Assembly (NCBI GenBank): GCA_963666515.2
Contig: OY762897.2
Location: 2,464,001-2,528,000, forward strand
DNA from: Candidatus Binatia bacterium
Lineage (GTDB): Bacteria > Desulfobacterota > Binatia > UBA9968 > JAJDTQ01
DNA: 64,000 bases
Direction: 5' to 3'
Shown here: one piece after another, positions 38,755-48,174 of the stretch
Position numbering within the stretch: the stretch's first letter is position 1
How the letters are laid out: the number at the start of each line of letters is the position of its first letter
Translations under genes and position numbers: made by a program
Notes under the pieces: generated by a model
Seen by the model: only the letters and a program-made list of their open reading frames with translations
Told to the model about the DNA's origin: nothing
The model's database searches: none

Positions 38755-38821
38755 GGCCGACTGCGGGGCGCCCCTACGGGGTTCGTCACCGGGTATCTGT
38801 AGGGGCGACCCGCGGTCGCCC
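38755..38821. repeat. Inverted pair of GTAG-type REPs
   Basis: GTAGGGGCGCCCCGCAGTCGGCC (minus, 38755-38777) and GTAGGGGCGACCCGCGGTCGCCC (plus, 38799-38821). Confidence 0.7.
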
Positions 38822-38845
38822 TGCAGAGTGTTCCCCGGCGTTATC

Positions 38846-40270
38846 TCACGACCGGGTCCCGGGGATTCTGAGACGCTGCCCGGCCCGGATCCGGTGCCGG
38901 TTGCGGATGGAGTTGGCGCGCTGGAGCGCAGCCAGCGAAACTTTGTAGCGGTCGGCGATGGTCGAAAGGGTCTCGCCCGGGCGCACGCGGTGATAGACGT
39001 GCTGTTGGTCCACGGCCCTTTTCGACGCCCGGGTCGCCGGCGGCTTGCCCGGGATCTCGAGCCGTTGCCCCACCCGCAGGCGATGGGCGCTCCTCAAGCC
39101 GTTGATCGACTGGATGGCGTGCATCGACGTGTCGTAGATCCTGGCGAGATCCCAGAGGGTATCGCCTCGGCTGACGACGTGGTACGGGAACGACGGCGTC
39201 GTGTTCATGCCCGACAACGCGGTGCGGAACCGGTGACTCTGCTCTTTCGGCGCCTTCAGCCGATAGCCCGCGGGCAGCCACGAGGCGTGGCGGCTCAGAG
39301 CCGGATTCCACTTGAGCAGCTCCGCACGGGAAACCCGGCTATGGCGGAGCAGCGACGACACCGACACGCGCTTGTGGAGGCTGATCTCGTCGAGGTGCAC
39401 CAAGCGATCGAACCGGACGTGGGGCAGGTACCGCTCGACGTCGCGCATGATGTGCACCGCGGCGAGGAACTCCGCGTAGAAGTTCTTGGACGCGAACTTG
39501 AAGGTCCGGCTCCGGTAGCGGCGGATGATGGTGACGATGTCCCGGGTGCCCACCCGGCGCACCGCCCGCTTCATGCCGGCGCGGCCGTGGTTGTAGGCGG
39601 TCACGGCCAGCGGCCAGGTGCGGAGCTCCCGGTAGTTGTCCTGCAGCAGACGCGCCGCGGCACGGGTCGCCTCCATCGGGTCCCGCCGCTCGTCCAGCGA
39701 CCGCGTTACGCGCATGTAGATCCGTCCCGTGCCGGGCATGAACTGCCACATGCCCACGGCGCCCCGGAACGAGCGCGCGTCGTTCCGGAACGAGGACTCT
39801 ACCAGCGGCAGATAGACCAGCTCCACCGGGAGTCCGCGGGCGGCGAAGATCTTGCGCATGTGCTCCATGTAACGGCCGGACCGCCGCACGCCCGCGGCGA
39901 AACGTTCGCTGATCCCCCGCTGTGCCTTGATCCGGTGCCACGGGATGCCGCGCCGGTTGAGCCGGGCGCGCACGGACCGGACCACCCGCCGCGCGCTGGC
40001 GCCCTTCTTGATCTTCACCACCTGGTGGATCTTCGACATGTTCCCGGGATCAAAGAACACCAGCTCGTTGGAGTCGTAGTCGAGAAAGATCGCCTTCCAG
40101 AACTCGACCGCGGGCTTGAGACCTGAAGGGATGGCGAAGGGGTCCGCTTTCGCGGGAACGGCGCCACGGGCTGACGCCGCCGGAGCGGATGACAAGCCGC
40201 CGAGAAGGAGAAAAAGAAGACTCGCGAGGACGACGAAGCAGCGTACCGCGCAGAACTCCTTAAAAAGCAT
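38846..40270 (-). CDS. MltD-like lytic transglycosylase with LysM domains
   Basis: Signal peptide, LPLVESSF, GA.GMWQFM, DER.DP, AYN.G; two C-terminal LysM repeats (GDTLW.LA, GETLS.IA). Confidence 0.9.
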   Translation of the reverse strand: MLFKEFCAVRCFVVLASLLFLLLGGLSSAPAASARGAVPAKADPFAIPSGLKPAVEFWKAIFLDYDSNELVFFDPGNMSKIHQVVKIKKGASARRVVRSVRARLNRRGIPWHRIKAQRGISERFAAGVRRSGRYMEHMRKIFAARGLPVELVYLPLVESSFRNDARSFRGAVGMWQFMPGTGRIYMRVTRSLDERRDPMEATRAAARLLQDNYRELRTWPLAVTAYNHGRAGMKRAVRRVGTRDIVTIIRRYRSRTFKFASKNFYAEFLAAVHIMRDVERYLPHVRFDRLVHLDEISLHKRVSVSSLLRHSRVSRAELLKWNPALSRHASWLPAGYRLKAPKEQSHRFRTALSGMNTTPSFPYHVVSRGDTLWDLARIYDTSMHAIQSINGLRSAHRLRVGQRLEIPGKPPATRASKRAVDQQHVYHRVRPGETLSTIADRYKVSLAALQRANSIRNRHRIRAGQRLRIPGTRS

Positions 40271-40384
40271 CGGCTTAGAGTACCTGGCGTAAACCTGCTT
40301 GTCAAGTTTGGCGGTTACATGGCCGAAAAAGCTGCCGGGAGGAATCCCCGCGCCGCTTGCGGGCTATCGAACTCGGCTTGCAGG

Positions 40385-41020
40385 CTATTCGAACTCGAAG
40401 GGTATCTGGGTAGGCCCGTATCCCTGCCAGTACTTGCACGTCTCCGGGTCGTACCGGCCCTGGAGGAAACCGCCGGGCTTCTCGGCCCGCACGATGATGG
40501 CGACGGTGCGCTCCTCGCCGCTCTCCTCGGCGTGAATCTGCCACGGGCGCACGAGATCGATCTTGCCCGGTTCCACCTGGGCGTTCTCGGTCTTGCGGAT
40601 TTCCGCGTAGTCCGGCCTGGAACCGTCGTCCAGCCGCTCGTAGCGCTCGATGGTCTCGCGGCCGTCCAGCACCCCGTAGAGCGTCCAGTTGTGCGCGTGG
40701 TCGTGGATGCTGGTGCGGGTTCCCGGCGCCTTGACCAGCCCGTTGATGACGAAGCCGTGGTCCGGGTCCTCGTAGAGCAGGAGGTTCTGGGCCCGCTGAC
40801 CGCCCTCGGGCAGCGTCAGCCCGCCCTGATCGCAGTCAGGCCATTTCTCCGACTGTGCCTTCACACTGGGGTCCGCCAGCAGCTCGCTGAGAAGAGAACC
40901 CATTTTCTCCCAGCGCCTGTCGACGTCCGGCTCGTCGGTGTGGAGTTCCCGGATGGCCGCGATGAACCGCTTGGCGGCCGACTGCTCGGCTTCCTGCGTG
41001 GGCATGGGACGTGCGCTCAT
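40385..41020 (-). CDS. Cysteine-dioxygenase-like cupin metalloprotein
   Basis: SIHDH..W...GV..G.E and IHA (three-His cupin pattern). Confidence 0.7.
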   Translation of the reverse strand: MSARPMPTQEAEQSAAKRFIAAIRELHTDEPDVDRRWEKMGSLLSELLADPSVKAQSEKWPDCDQGGLTLPEGGQRAQNLLLYEDPDHGFVINGLVKAPGTRTSIHDHAHNWTLYGVLDGRETIERYERLDDGSRPDYAEIRKTENAQVEPGKIDLVRPWQIHAEESGEERTVAIIVRAEKPGGFLQGRYDPETCKYWQGYGPTQIPFEFE

Positions 41021-41107
41021 GGGGTTTCCTCCCTCTTGTGCCTGCGTTTACGGCTTGCGTGGACGGGTCGCCAACTCGTGGAAGGTATCCGAGGAACGGA
41101 CGCCGTG

Positions 41108-42031
41108 TCAACCTGATCCGACGCCCTTGACCAGTTGCACCCGGCTGGTGTCGCGAAGCTTGTCGAACCGGTCCCGGTCCACCTCGAAGTAGTGAGGGTG
41201 CGCGGAGGTCTTGAGGATGTAGTGGTCGCCTTCCTTCGGGGACACCACCGTGTGCCTGATGACCGATCCTGCCTTCGTCTCGATGGTGTACTCGAGGATG
41301 GGCCTTCCCGTGGCGAAACGCGCCTTGCCGTCCTTCGAAAGCACTTCCTTGAAACCGACCTCCGCCACGCGTTCCACGAGCTGCCGCACCGGCTCGGCGT
41401 CGGTCTCCTCGTTCTCCCGCAACCCTTCGACCTGGAACCCGCCGTCCCCGGCCTTCAACGCATAGGCCCCCAGGTCGATGCGGGCGATGTCCTCCGCCGG
41501 CGTCTTGAGGATCTCCGTGTCGTACCAGGAACTCGCGTCCGCCGGAGCGTCGAAGGCGTTGAAATCGACGGCATAGGTATGGTCGTCGCCGTCGAGACGG
41601 GCGTGCACCTTGCGGAACGCCGGCGACGAGCCGAGGAAGACGTCGCCCAGGACATCCTCGCCCTTGAGAAACCGCACCCGCCGCTCGTAACGATCCGGCG
41701 TCACCTTGAACTGCCGGGCCCCCACCAGGGTCTTGCCCACCGGCCAGGATCGTCTGGCCCCCAGCAGCTTCTCGGTGAACTGCTCGAACTTGGCCGGCGA
41801 GACCGGAAAGTCGCCCTTCTGGGGCAGGACCCAGCCGCCGTCCTTGCGCGCCAACCGCAGCGCCGCCCATTCCATCCCCTCGATGGTTACGGTATCGGCG
41901 CTGTCCAGATCCAGGGCCAGCAGCGGCGTATCGGCCTCGAAGGCGCCGGGGTCGTCTCGCTGAAGGTTGACCCAGGCCACGAGGCCCGCCTGCAGCACCA
42001 GCAACAGCACCAAGAGCTTGATCGTCGTCAT
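41108..42031 (-). CDS. DUF4340-family protein
   Basis: N-terminal TM helix, two repeated modules, located after a GldG-like gene. Confidence 0.72.
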   Translation of the reverse strand: MTTIKLLVLLLVLQAGLVAWVNLQRDDPGAFEADTPLLALDLDSADTVTIEGMEWAALRLARKDGGWVLPQKGDFPVSPAKFEQFTEKLLGARRSWPVGKTLVGARQFKVTPDRYERRVRFLKGEDVLGDVFLGSSPAFRKVHARLDGDDHTYAVDFNAFDAPADASSWYDTEILKTPAEDIARIDLGAYALKAGDGGFQVEGLRENEETDAEPVRQLVERVAEVGFKEVLSKDGKARFATGRPILEYTIETKAGSVIRHTVVSPKEGDHYILKTSAHPHYFEVDRDRFDKLRDTSRVQLVKGVGSG

Positions 42032-44907
42032 GCCGCCAGCATCCTCTGGTAGCGGTCCCGCAAGCGGAGCAGATGATAACGATGCGCCCCGTAGATCAGC
42101 ATCAGCCCCACCAGCACGATGCCGTAGTTCAGGTATTCCCAGAAGGCCTTCTGCTCGCGGGTCATGGGCACGAGGGTCCGCGCAAAGTGGGCGCGGCTGC
42201 GAATGGACAGCAGCGCGCGGTCCTCCAACGCCCAGTCCACCACGTTCTCCACGAACTGCAGCGAGTTGACGAACCGGTCGTTGGCCGCGGCGCGGGAGAG
42301 TTGCAAAGTCTGGTCGGTGAACGCCTCGTTGGAACCCACGAGGATGATACGGGCCGATTCCGGCGACTTCTCGATCATCCCCGTCACCACCGGCACCTCC
42401 TCTTCCTCGGTCTTTTCAGCGGCCTCCCCTTCGCCATCGTCCCCGGCCAGCAACGGCGAGTCCTTGCCCGCGTAGTAGGAACGGAAGCTCCCCTCTACCA
42501 CCGCCGCCAGCACCCGACTCTTGGGTTGCCCTTCTTTCTCGAAGCCGAGCTTCGGATGCACCTCGAAGTCGGGATGCACCTTCAGGGAGGTCGACTGCCA
42601 GGATACGCCGGAGCTTGCCAGCAGCGGCGTCGCGCTCCGGACCCCGGCCTCGTCGTCCGGAAGCGTAAGCGGCGAAGCCCAGCTCACGGTCAACTGCGGC
42701 AGCCTCGCGGTAATGGGATTGTCCTGGTTTAGGCCCGCGCCCCTGACGTCCACGAAGTAGGGGTACGGCACGAGCTGCAGCTCACGAACCGTGAGAGCGC
42801 CCGCCTTGCGGTTCACGAACACCGGGAAGGGCTCGTTCTGCGGGTCCAGCACCAGGCTCTTCTGCACCGTCAGGCCGTAGTGCTCCAGCAACGGCTCCAG
42901 ACCGGAGGTGTGCCTGCTGGCGGCCAGACCGGCTTGGGTGCGCCTTACGGTATAGGGCGAGGTCAACGCGGTCACCGAGCCGCCCTTCATGAGGAACTGG
43001 TCCACGGCGAACCGCTGCTCCGGCGTCAGCTCCTTGGGGGCCGCGAGCACCAGCAGATCCACGTTCTCCGGCACCACGCCGGACTTTAGGTCCACGTCGG
43101 CGACGCGATAGTTCTCCCGGAGCTTTTGCCGCAGGAACCGGAACTGCCGGGGCGGCGGCTGGAAACGCATGCCCGGCTGCCGCGGGGGCGGCGGCGGGGT
43201 GTGGAAGCCGATGGTCTTGATGAAACCGGGCGCGAACCTCCGTAGCGCCGACTCCACGCTCCGCCTGGCGGCCTCCTGGTTCAGCTTGCCGGGCAGGGGC
43301 ACCTGCACGGTGCTGCCGTTGTTCTTCATGACCATGTAGAAATAGAAACGCTCCGGATTGAGGGGGCCCGCGGCCATGGGCCGGAAGCCGTACTGGTCGG
43401 CAAGCTGCTTGGCCAAGGCGCCGCCCTGGGCCTCCGGATCGATGATCTCGTAGTTGAACTTTCCCTCCGACTCCTTGCGGAGCGCCCTCAGCGACCCCAG
43501 CAACTGGCGCTTGAAGACCACGATGGACTCCGGCAGCTTCTCCTCCTGCGAGAAGTATCCCCGGAACTCCACCGGCTGATCGATTCCGGCGAAGAGCGTC
43601 CCGACGTCCTGGAAGCCGTACAACACCTTCTTGACGGCCCGGGCCAGGTCGTATTCCAGGTTCCGCAGGCGCACCTTGGTGCCGGTCCGTTCCCCCTTGA
43701 TCTCGATCAGATCGTTGAACCGCAGCACCTCGTGCTTGTCGCCGTACTGGAGCAGCACGTCGAAGTAGGAGTTGACCAGGGAGGTCTGGTAGCGGTCGGC
43801 GGTCCGGAACGGCACCGGACGGATGTTGTAGCGCTGGTTGGCCTCCTCCTCCAGGCCGGGCTCCTCGCGCGGGTCCACGAACTCGGCGCGGACCCGGCCG
43901 CCGCTGATGGTTTCGACCTCGCGAATCGTGTCGCGGATGCGGGGCACCAGCGGAGCCAGCAACGGGTGGGTACGGGCGCTGAAATAGCCCCGGATGAGCA
44001 ACGGCTCCTGCAACTGGGCGATGAGGTCCCGAGTCGCCTGGGAGATGGTGTAGTCCTTCCCTTCGGTGAGGTCCGCGCGCACGGCCAGGCCGCGGTGGAG
44101 CCAGAAGTTGGCCAGGACGAAGTTGACGATGACGAGGGCCGTCACCGTCCGCCAGACATGGTGGCGCCTCTTCTGCCCTTCTCTCGACCATCGGAGCCGT
44201 TCGAGGGAGAAGACGTTCAGGGCGAGGAAGACGCCCACAACGCTCACGTAGTAGTAGATGTCCCGAAGGTCCAGGATGCCCCGGGTGATGGACTCGAAGC
44301 GGACGCCCGTGGCCGCCAGGCCCAGGTATTCGGCCCATTGGATGCCCACCAGGGAACCGAAAGTCAGGGAGCCCAGCAGGTAGAACACGAAGCCGATGAC
44401 GGTGGTGAGGATCAGGCTCGCGATCTGGCTCTCGTTCCGCGCGCTGACGTAGAGGCCGATGGAGCAGTAGGCCGCCGCCAGCAGCAGCGAGGCGGTGTAG
44501 GCGCCCAGCACCGGACCCCAGTCGAGGGGGCCCATGAAGGAGACCGTGACCGGCACCCCCAGCGTCAGCGCCAGCGCGATGGCCACCAGGCCCAGACACG
44601 CCAGGAACTTGCCGAGCACGAGATGGAGCGTCCTGACCGGCATGGTGAAGAGGAACTCCAGGGTCTCCATGCGCCGCTCTTCGCTCCACATCTTCATGGT
44701 CAGGGCCGCGCTGAGGAAGATGAGCAGGATCGGCATCCACTCGAACAACGGCCTCGCGTCCACGATGTTGCGCGCGAAGAACTGCTCGACCCAGAAGAAG
44801 ATGAACAGGCACACGGCCGAGAACGTCCCCAGGAAGATGAACGCCACCGGCGACGAGAAGTAGGTGGAGAACTCCTTCTTGGCGATGCTCCAGATGCTAC
44901 CCCGCAT
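42028..44907 (-). CDS. GldF-GldG-like fused ABC permease/auxiliary protein
   Basis: KKEF..YFSSP.A, TM..WSEERR..TLE.L.T.P, DLT....YTIS, DQFLM.GG, N.VDW. Confidence 0.85.
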   Translation of the reverse strand: MRGSIWSIAKKEFSTYFSSPVAFIFLGTFSAVCLFIFFWVEQFFARNIVDARPLFEWMPILLIFLSAALTMKMWSEERRMETLEFLFTMPVRTLHLVLGKFLACLGLVAIALALTLGVPVTVSFMGPLDWGPVLGAYTASLLLAAAYCSIGLYVSARNESQIASLILTTVIGFVFYLLGSLTFGSLVGIQWAEYLGLAATGVRFESITRGILDLRDIYYYVSVVGVFLALNVFSLERLRWSREGQKRRHHVWRTVTALVIVNFVLANFWLHRGLAVRADLTEGKDYTISQATRDLIAQLQEPLLIRGYFSARTHPLLAPLVPRIRDTIREVETISGGRVRAEFVDPREEPGLEEEANQRYNIRPVPFRTADRYQTSLVNSYFDVLLQYGDKHEVLRFNDLIEIKGERTGTKVRLRNLEYDLARAVKKVLYGFQDVGTLFAGIDQPVEFRGYFSQEEKLPESIVVFKRQLLGSLRALRKESEGKFNYEIIDPEAQGGALAKQLADQYGFRPMAAGPLNPERFYFYMVMKNNGSTVQVPLPGKLNQEAARRSVESALRRFAPGFIKTIGFHTPPPPPRQPGMRFQPPPRQFRFLRQKLRENYRVADVDLKSGVVPENVDLLVLAAPKELTPEQRFAVDQFLMKGGSVTALTSPYTVRRTQAGLAASRHTSGLEPLLEHYGLTVQKSLVLDPQNEPFPVFVNRKAGALTVRELQLVPYPYFVDVRGAGLNQDNPITARLPQLTVSWASPLTLPDDEAGVRSATPLLASSGVSWQSTSLKVHPDFEVHPKLGFEKEGQPKSRVLAAVVEGSFRSYYAGKDSPLLAGDDGEGEAAEKTEEEEVPVVTGMIEKSPESARIILVGSNEAFTDQTLQLSRAAANDRFVNSLQFVENVVDWALEDRALLSIRSRAHFARTLVPMTREQKAFWEYLNYGIVLVGLMLIYGAHRYHLLRLRDRYQRMLAA

Positions 44908-45829
44908 GGCCGCCTCTCTCCCCCACTTCACGGAACACGGTCTCGAGGGTGCGCGCCTCTTCGTTCATGCGGTAGAGATCCCAGCCGCGTTCGACGGCCG
45001 CCCTGGCAACGCTGGGCGCCACCTCGTCCAGGGAAGCCTCCAGCTCAAGGCCGTAGCTCTCCCCGCGCGGCCCCTCAGCCGGGGTCACCATGCCCACTCC
45101 CGGGATCTCCCGGAGCCGCTCGGCCGCGTCCTCGGACGGATTGCCGAGCCCCACCACCAGCCGATTGGACTCTTGCAGCTCGCTCAGCCGGGCATCCACC
45201 GCGATGCGCCCCTGCGCCATGATGATCACCCGCTCGCAGACCGCTTCCACCTCCTGGAGGATGTGCGTGGAGACGATGATGGTGGCGTTGTGGCTCAAAT
45301 CGCTCACCAGCGAGCGCATCTGGAAGATCTGCGCAGGGTCCAGCCCGTTGGTGGGTTCGTCGAGGATCAGGATCTCCGGCTCGTGCACGATGGCCTGGGC
45401 CACTCCCAGCCGCTGCTTGTAGCCCTTGGACAGCGTGCCCACCGGGTCCAGCGCCCGGTCCATCAGCCACGTCCGCTCCAGCGCCCGCCTGAGCACCGCC
45501 GGCCGTCCGGCGCGCGGAATCCCGCGCAGGTCGGCCACGTACTCCAGGTAGCGCACCACCGACATGTCCGGGTAGAGCGGCGCGTTCTCGGACAGGTAGC
45601 CCAGCTTGCGCTGGATGCCGAGCCGCGCTTCGTGAAGCGGCATGCCGTCGATGACCACCGATCCCGCGGTGGGCTCGATGTAGCCCGTGAGCATCCGCAT
45701 GATGGTGGTCTTCCCGGCGCCGTTATGCCCCAGCAGGCCGACCACCTCCCCTCTCCCGATGGAGAAGGAGACGCCGTCCACCGCCACCAGATCACCATAT
45801 TTTCGAGTGAGACCCTCGACCTCGATCAA
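44897..45829 (-). CDS. GldA-like ABC transporter ATP-binding protein
   Basis: GHNGAGKTT, LSKGYKQR, LDEPTNGLDP, STH. Confidence 0.92.
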   Translation of the reverse strand: MIEVEGLTRKYGDLVAVDGVSFSIGRGEVVGLLGHNGAGKTTIMRMLTGYIEPTAGSVVIDGMPLHEARLGIQRKLGYLSENAPLYPDMSVVRYLEYVADLRGIPRAGRPAVLRRALERTWLMDRALDPVGTLSKGYKQRLGVAQAIVHEPEILILDEPTNGLDPAQIFQMRSLVSDLSHNATIIVSTHILQEVEAVCERVIIMAQGRIAVDARLSELQESNRLVVGLGNPSEDAAERLREIPGVGMVTPAEGPRGESYGLELEASLDEVAPSVARAAVERGWDLYRMNEEARTLETVFREVGERGGHAG

Positions 45830-46011
45830 GCTGCATCCTCCCGGCGGGTACTGTTCGCGGGTTTCGGAGCGAAATGGAAATTTTTAGCAGATCGGGCGGC
45901 GGGGCGCGAATCGGGACCCGGGACCGTGCCGTTCAGGCGGCAGTTCAATGATTGATTATGTACATTTATAAGTTTACACAGCTATCCAACAGGTGCATCG
46001 AGGTGACTCTG

Positions 46012-46254
46012 ATGATGAACATGATCGGAGCGGCGGAATTCAAGGCGAGATGCCTCCGTGTCATCAACCAGATGAACAAGGACGGCAAGCCTGTGACCAT
46101 CACCAAACGGGGACGACCGGTGGCAGTGCTGCATCCCGTCGAGCCTCCCGATGAACGCCCGTCGATCATTGGGGCGATGCGCGGTTCGGTGCTGGCCTAC
46201 CACGATCCATTCCGGCCAGCGGTCGATCCTTCCGACTGGTCCGCCACGGAATGA
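46012..46254 (+). CDS. Phd/YefM-family antitoxin
   Basis: AAEFKARCL, PVTITKRGRPVAVL.P; GAGGTG RBS. Confidence 0.9.
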   Translation: MMNMIGAAEFKARCLRVINQMNKDGKPVTITKRGRPVAVLHPVEPPDERPSIIGAMRGSVLAYHDPFRPAVDPSDWSATE

Positions 46255-46274
46255 TCGTCCTCGACACCCACGCG
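46251..46274 (+). pseudogene. 8-codon VapC (PIN) toxin stub
   Basis: ATGA overlap, then MIVLDTHA (typical VapC N-terminus); it runs directly into the stop codon of the convergent parE. Confidence 0.7.
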
Positions 46275-46571
46275 TCAATTCCGCTGCATCCAATAACCCG
46301 GCCGCCGTCTCAAGTGAGCGATGGCCACGATAACGATCTCATCTGGCCTGAGGCGGTAGACTACTTGATATGGGAATGCGGAGACCAGGACTCGACGCGT
46401 GTGGCCGTCCTCCGAGATTACCGTTCCGATTTCGGGATGGGCGCTAATGCGGGAAAAGGCTGCGTTAGCCGCGTTCAGGAATTCACCGCCGAGCCCGGTT
46501 CGTTGGGTTTCGTACCATCGGACCGCTTCCCTGAGTTCTTCGGCGGCAGGTGCACTGGTAAGAATCTTCAC
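46275..46571 (-). CDS. ParE/RelE-family toxin
   Basis: A.EEL.EA..WYE....GLG.EF, RR.LV..FPY.VVY, IVAIAH.RR.PGYW; GTGA overlap with the antitoxin. Confidence 0.88.
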   Translation of the reverse strand: MKILTSAPAAEELREAVRWYETQRTGLGGEFLNAANAAFSRISAHPEIGTVISEDGHTRRVLVSAFPYQVVYRLRPDEIVIVAIAHLRRRPGYWMQRN

Positions 46572-46804
46572 CGACCGAGAATCTCGCTCTCGATCCGGCG
46601 CTTGACATCTTCCCAAGGCTCAAGCTCGACGGTCCCGCCTTCAATGGCCTCGACCCGCCGCTCGATTTCCGTGGCCCACGCAGCCTCGGCGTCCGGATCC
46701 GCAGGACCGTCCAGGCTCTTCAGGAGCTCGGCTGCCAGTTCGGCACGCGCGTCAACATCAAGGCGCAGAGCCTCGACGAGAACCGATTGAGTGGCCTTGG
46801 ACAT
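46568..46804 (-). CDS. Addiction-module antitoxin (TIGR02574-like)
   Basis: AL.L....RAELA..LL.SLD, AW..EI.RR...I..G....PWEDV. Confidence 0.85.
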   Translation of the reverse strand: MSKATQSVLVEALRLDVDARAELAAELLKSLDGPADPDAEAAWATEIERRVEAIEGGTVELEPWEDVKRRIESEILGR

Positions 46805-46853
46805 ATCCCAAATTCTACACCCAAACTGCATTTCAGCAAATACCTGAGTTGCC

Positions 46854-46882
46854 TTGCATACAAGACAAAAGTCTGGTATTCG
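46854..46882 (+). promoter_or_regulatory. lexA promoter containing a palindromic candidate operator
   Basis: TTGCAT-N17-TATTCG with an extended TG; AGAC-AAAA-GTCT at 46863-46874 lies in the spacer. Confidence 0.6.
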
Positions 46883-46889
46883 CATCCCC

Positions 46890-47492
46890 ATGACACCCTT
46901 CACTCCACCCGGAGAGACCCGGGAAAAGGTTTACCGGTTCGTGCGCAGGCGGATCCTGGAGGAGCTTCCTCCCACGGTGCGGGAGGTCCAGGAGGCGTTC
47001 CGGTTCAAGGCGGTGCAGACGGCCCGGCAGCACTTGGAGCGGCTGGTGGCCGAGGGGCGACTGGTCAAAACGCATGGGAAATCCAGGGGTTATCGCCTGC
47101 CCCGGGAGCCCGGGACGCTGTTCGTGCCGCTGCTGGGGCGGGTGCAGGCGGGGGGGCTGCGGGCGGCCATCGAGGAGTGCGAGGGTTACCTCCCGGTACA
47201 GTCGCGGGGCTCGGAAGAGATGTTCGGGCTCCGGGTCCAGGGCGAGAGCATGACCGGAGCAGGCATCCTTCCGGACGACATCGTCGTCGTGAGGCAGCAG
47301 GCGGAAGCGGCCTCGGGGGACATCGTGGTGGCCCTAGTGGGGGACGAGGCCACCATCAAGAGGCTCCGCCTGCGCCGGAACCGGATCGAGCTGCATCCGG
47401 AGAACCCGGCCTTCGCACCGATCGTCCCGAGGGCCGATGAATGCATGCTCCTGGGCAAGGTAGTGGAGGTGAGACGGTACCTGGAAGGGTGA
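46890..47492 (+). CDS. lexA: SOS repressor LexA
   Basis: wHTH PPTVREV...F, VQAG cleavage site, GESM (Ser), TIKR (Lys), L.PEN. Confidence 0.93.
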   Translation: MTPFTPPGETREKVYRFVRRRILEELPPTVREVQEAFRFKAVQTARQHLERLVAEGRLVKTHGKSRGYRLPREPGTLFVPLLGRVQAGGLRAAIEECEGYLPVQSRGSEEMFGLRVQGESMTGAGILPDDIVVVRQQAEAASGDIVVALVGDEATIKRLRLRRNRIELHPENPAFAPIVPRADECMLLGKVVEVRRYLEG

Positions 47493-47502
47493 GGCAGCCT
47501 TC

Positions 47503-48174
47503 ATGGACGTTTCCGCCGAAAAGACTCACGAGCGGATGCCGGTTCCTACCCGGGAGCGGATGCCGGCTTCGGGCGCCGTCGCGGTTGCGCCGCGGCGCCG
47601 GCCTGTCCGCGAAGCCCCACCGGCCTGGAATCTCTCCTTGCTGGCCGGGCGTCTTACGGAGATCTCGGACTCCGGCGTGGCCCCTGCCCTCACCGCCGCG
47701 GCCTCCCTGATCCTCCAGGCCCAGCAGCGCGGTGAGCCCGCGGCGTGGGTTGGCTTCGGCAATTCGATCTTCTTTCCGCCGGATCTGGTGGAGTGGGGAA
47801 TCGATCTCGACGCCTTGCCGGTGGTCCGAGTTCCCAACGCCCTCGCCGCTTCCCGCGCCGCTGACCAGTTGCTGCGCTCCGGGGCGTTCGGGCTGGTGGT
47901 GCTGGACCTGAAGGCCGAGGCGCGGATGCACATGGCGGTCCAGAGCCGTCTGGCGGCGCTGGCCCGGAAGCACCACGCGGCGCTCCTCTGCCTCACTCGC
48001 AAGAGGAAGGGCACACCCTCGCTGGGGCCGCTGGTGTCGCTGCACGGCGAAGGCACCATAACCAGGACCGCCTTCAGCCGCTTCGACTGGGAAATCCGCG
48101 TGGTCAAGGACAAGCGGGGCGCACCGGGATGGAGCCACACGGAGTCGTGCCGTGGAACGGATGGCCTGTGTTGA
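47503..48174 (+). CDS. imuA: ImuA (RecA-like, no Walker A)
   Basis: GRLTEIS, FFPPDL...GIDL, LLRSGAFGLVVLD; located between lexA and imuB. Confidence 0.82.
   Translation: MDVSAEKTHERMPVPTRERMPASGAVAVAPRRRPVREAPPAWNLSLLAGRLTEISDSGVAPALTAAASLILQAQQRGEPAAWVGFGNSIFFPPDLVEWGIDLDALPVVRVPNALAASRAADQLLRSGAFGLVVLDLKAEARMHMAVQSRLAALARKHHAALLCLTRKRKGTPSLGPLVSLHGEGTITRTAFSRFDWEIRVVKDKRGAPGWSHTESCRGTDGLC

Noticed and set aside
46251-46790. 179-aa ORF starting MIVLDTHA as a full VapC toxin
   Set aside because: Only the first 8 codons are PIN-like; the rest is the antisense of parE and its antitoxin.
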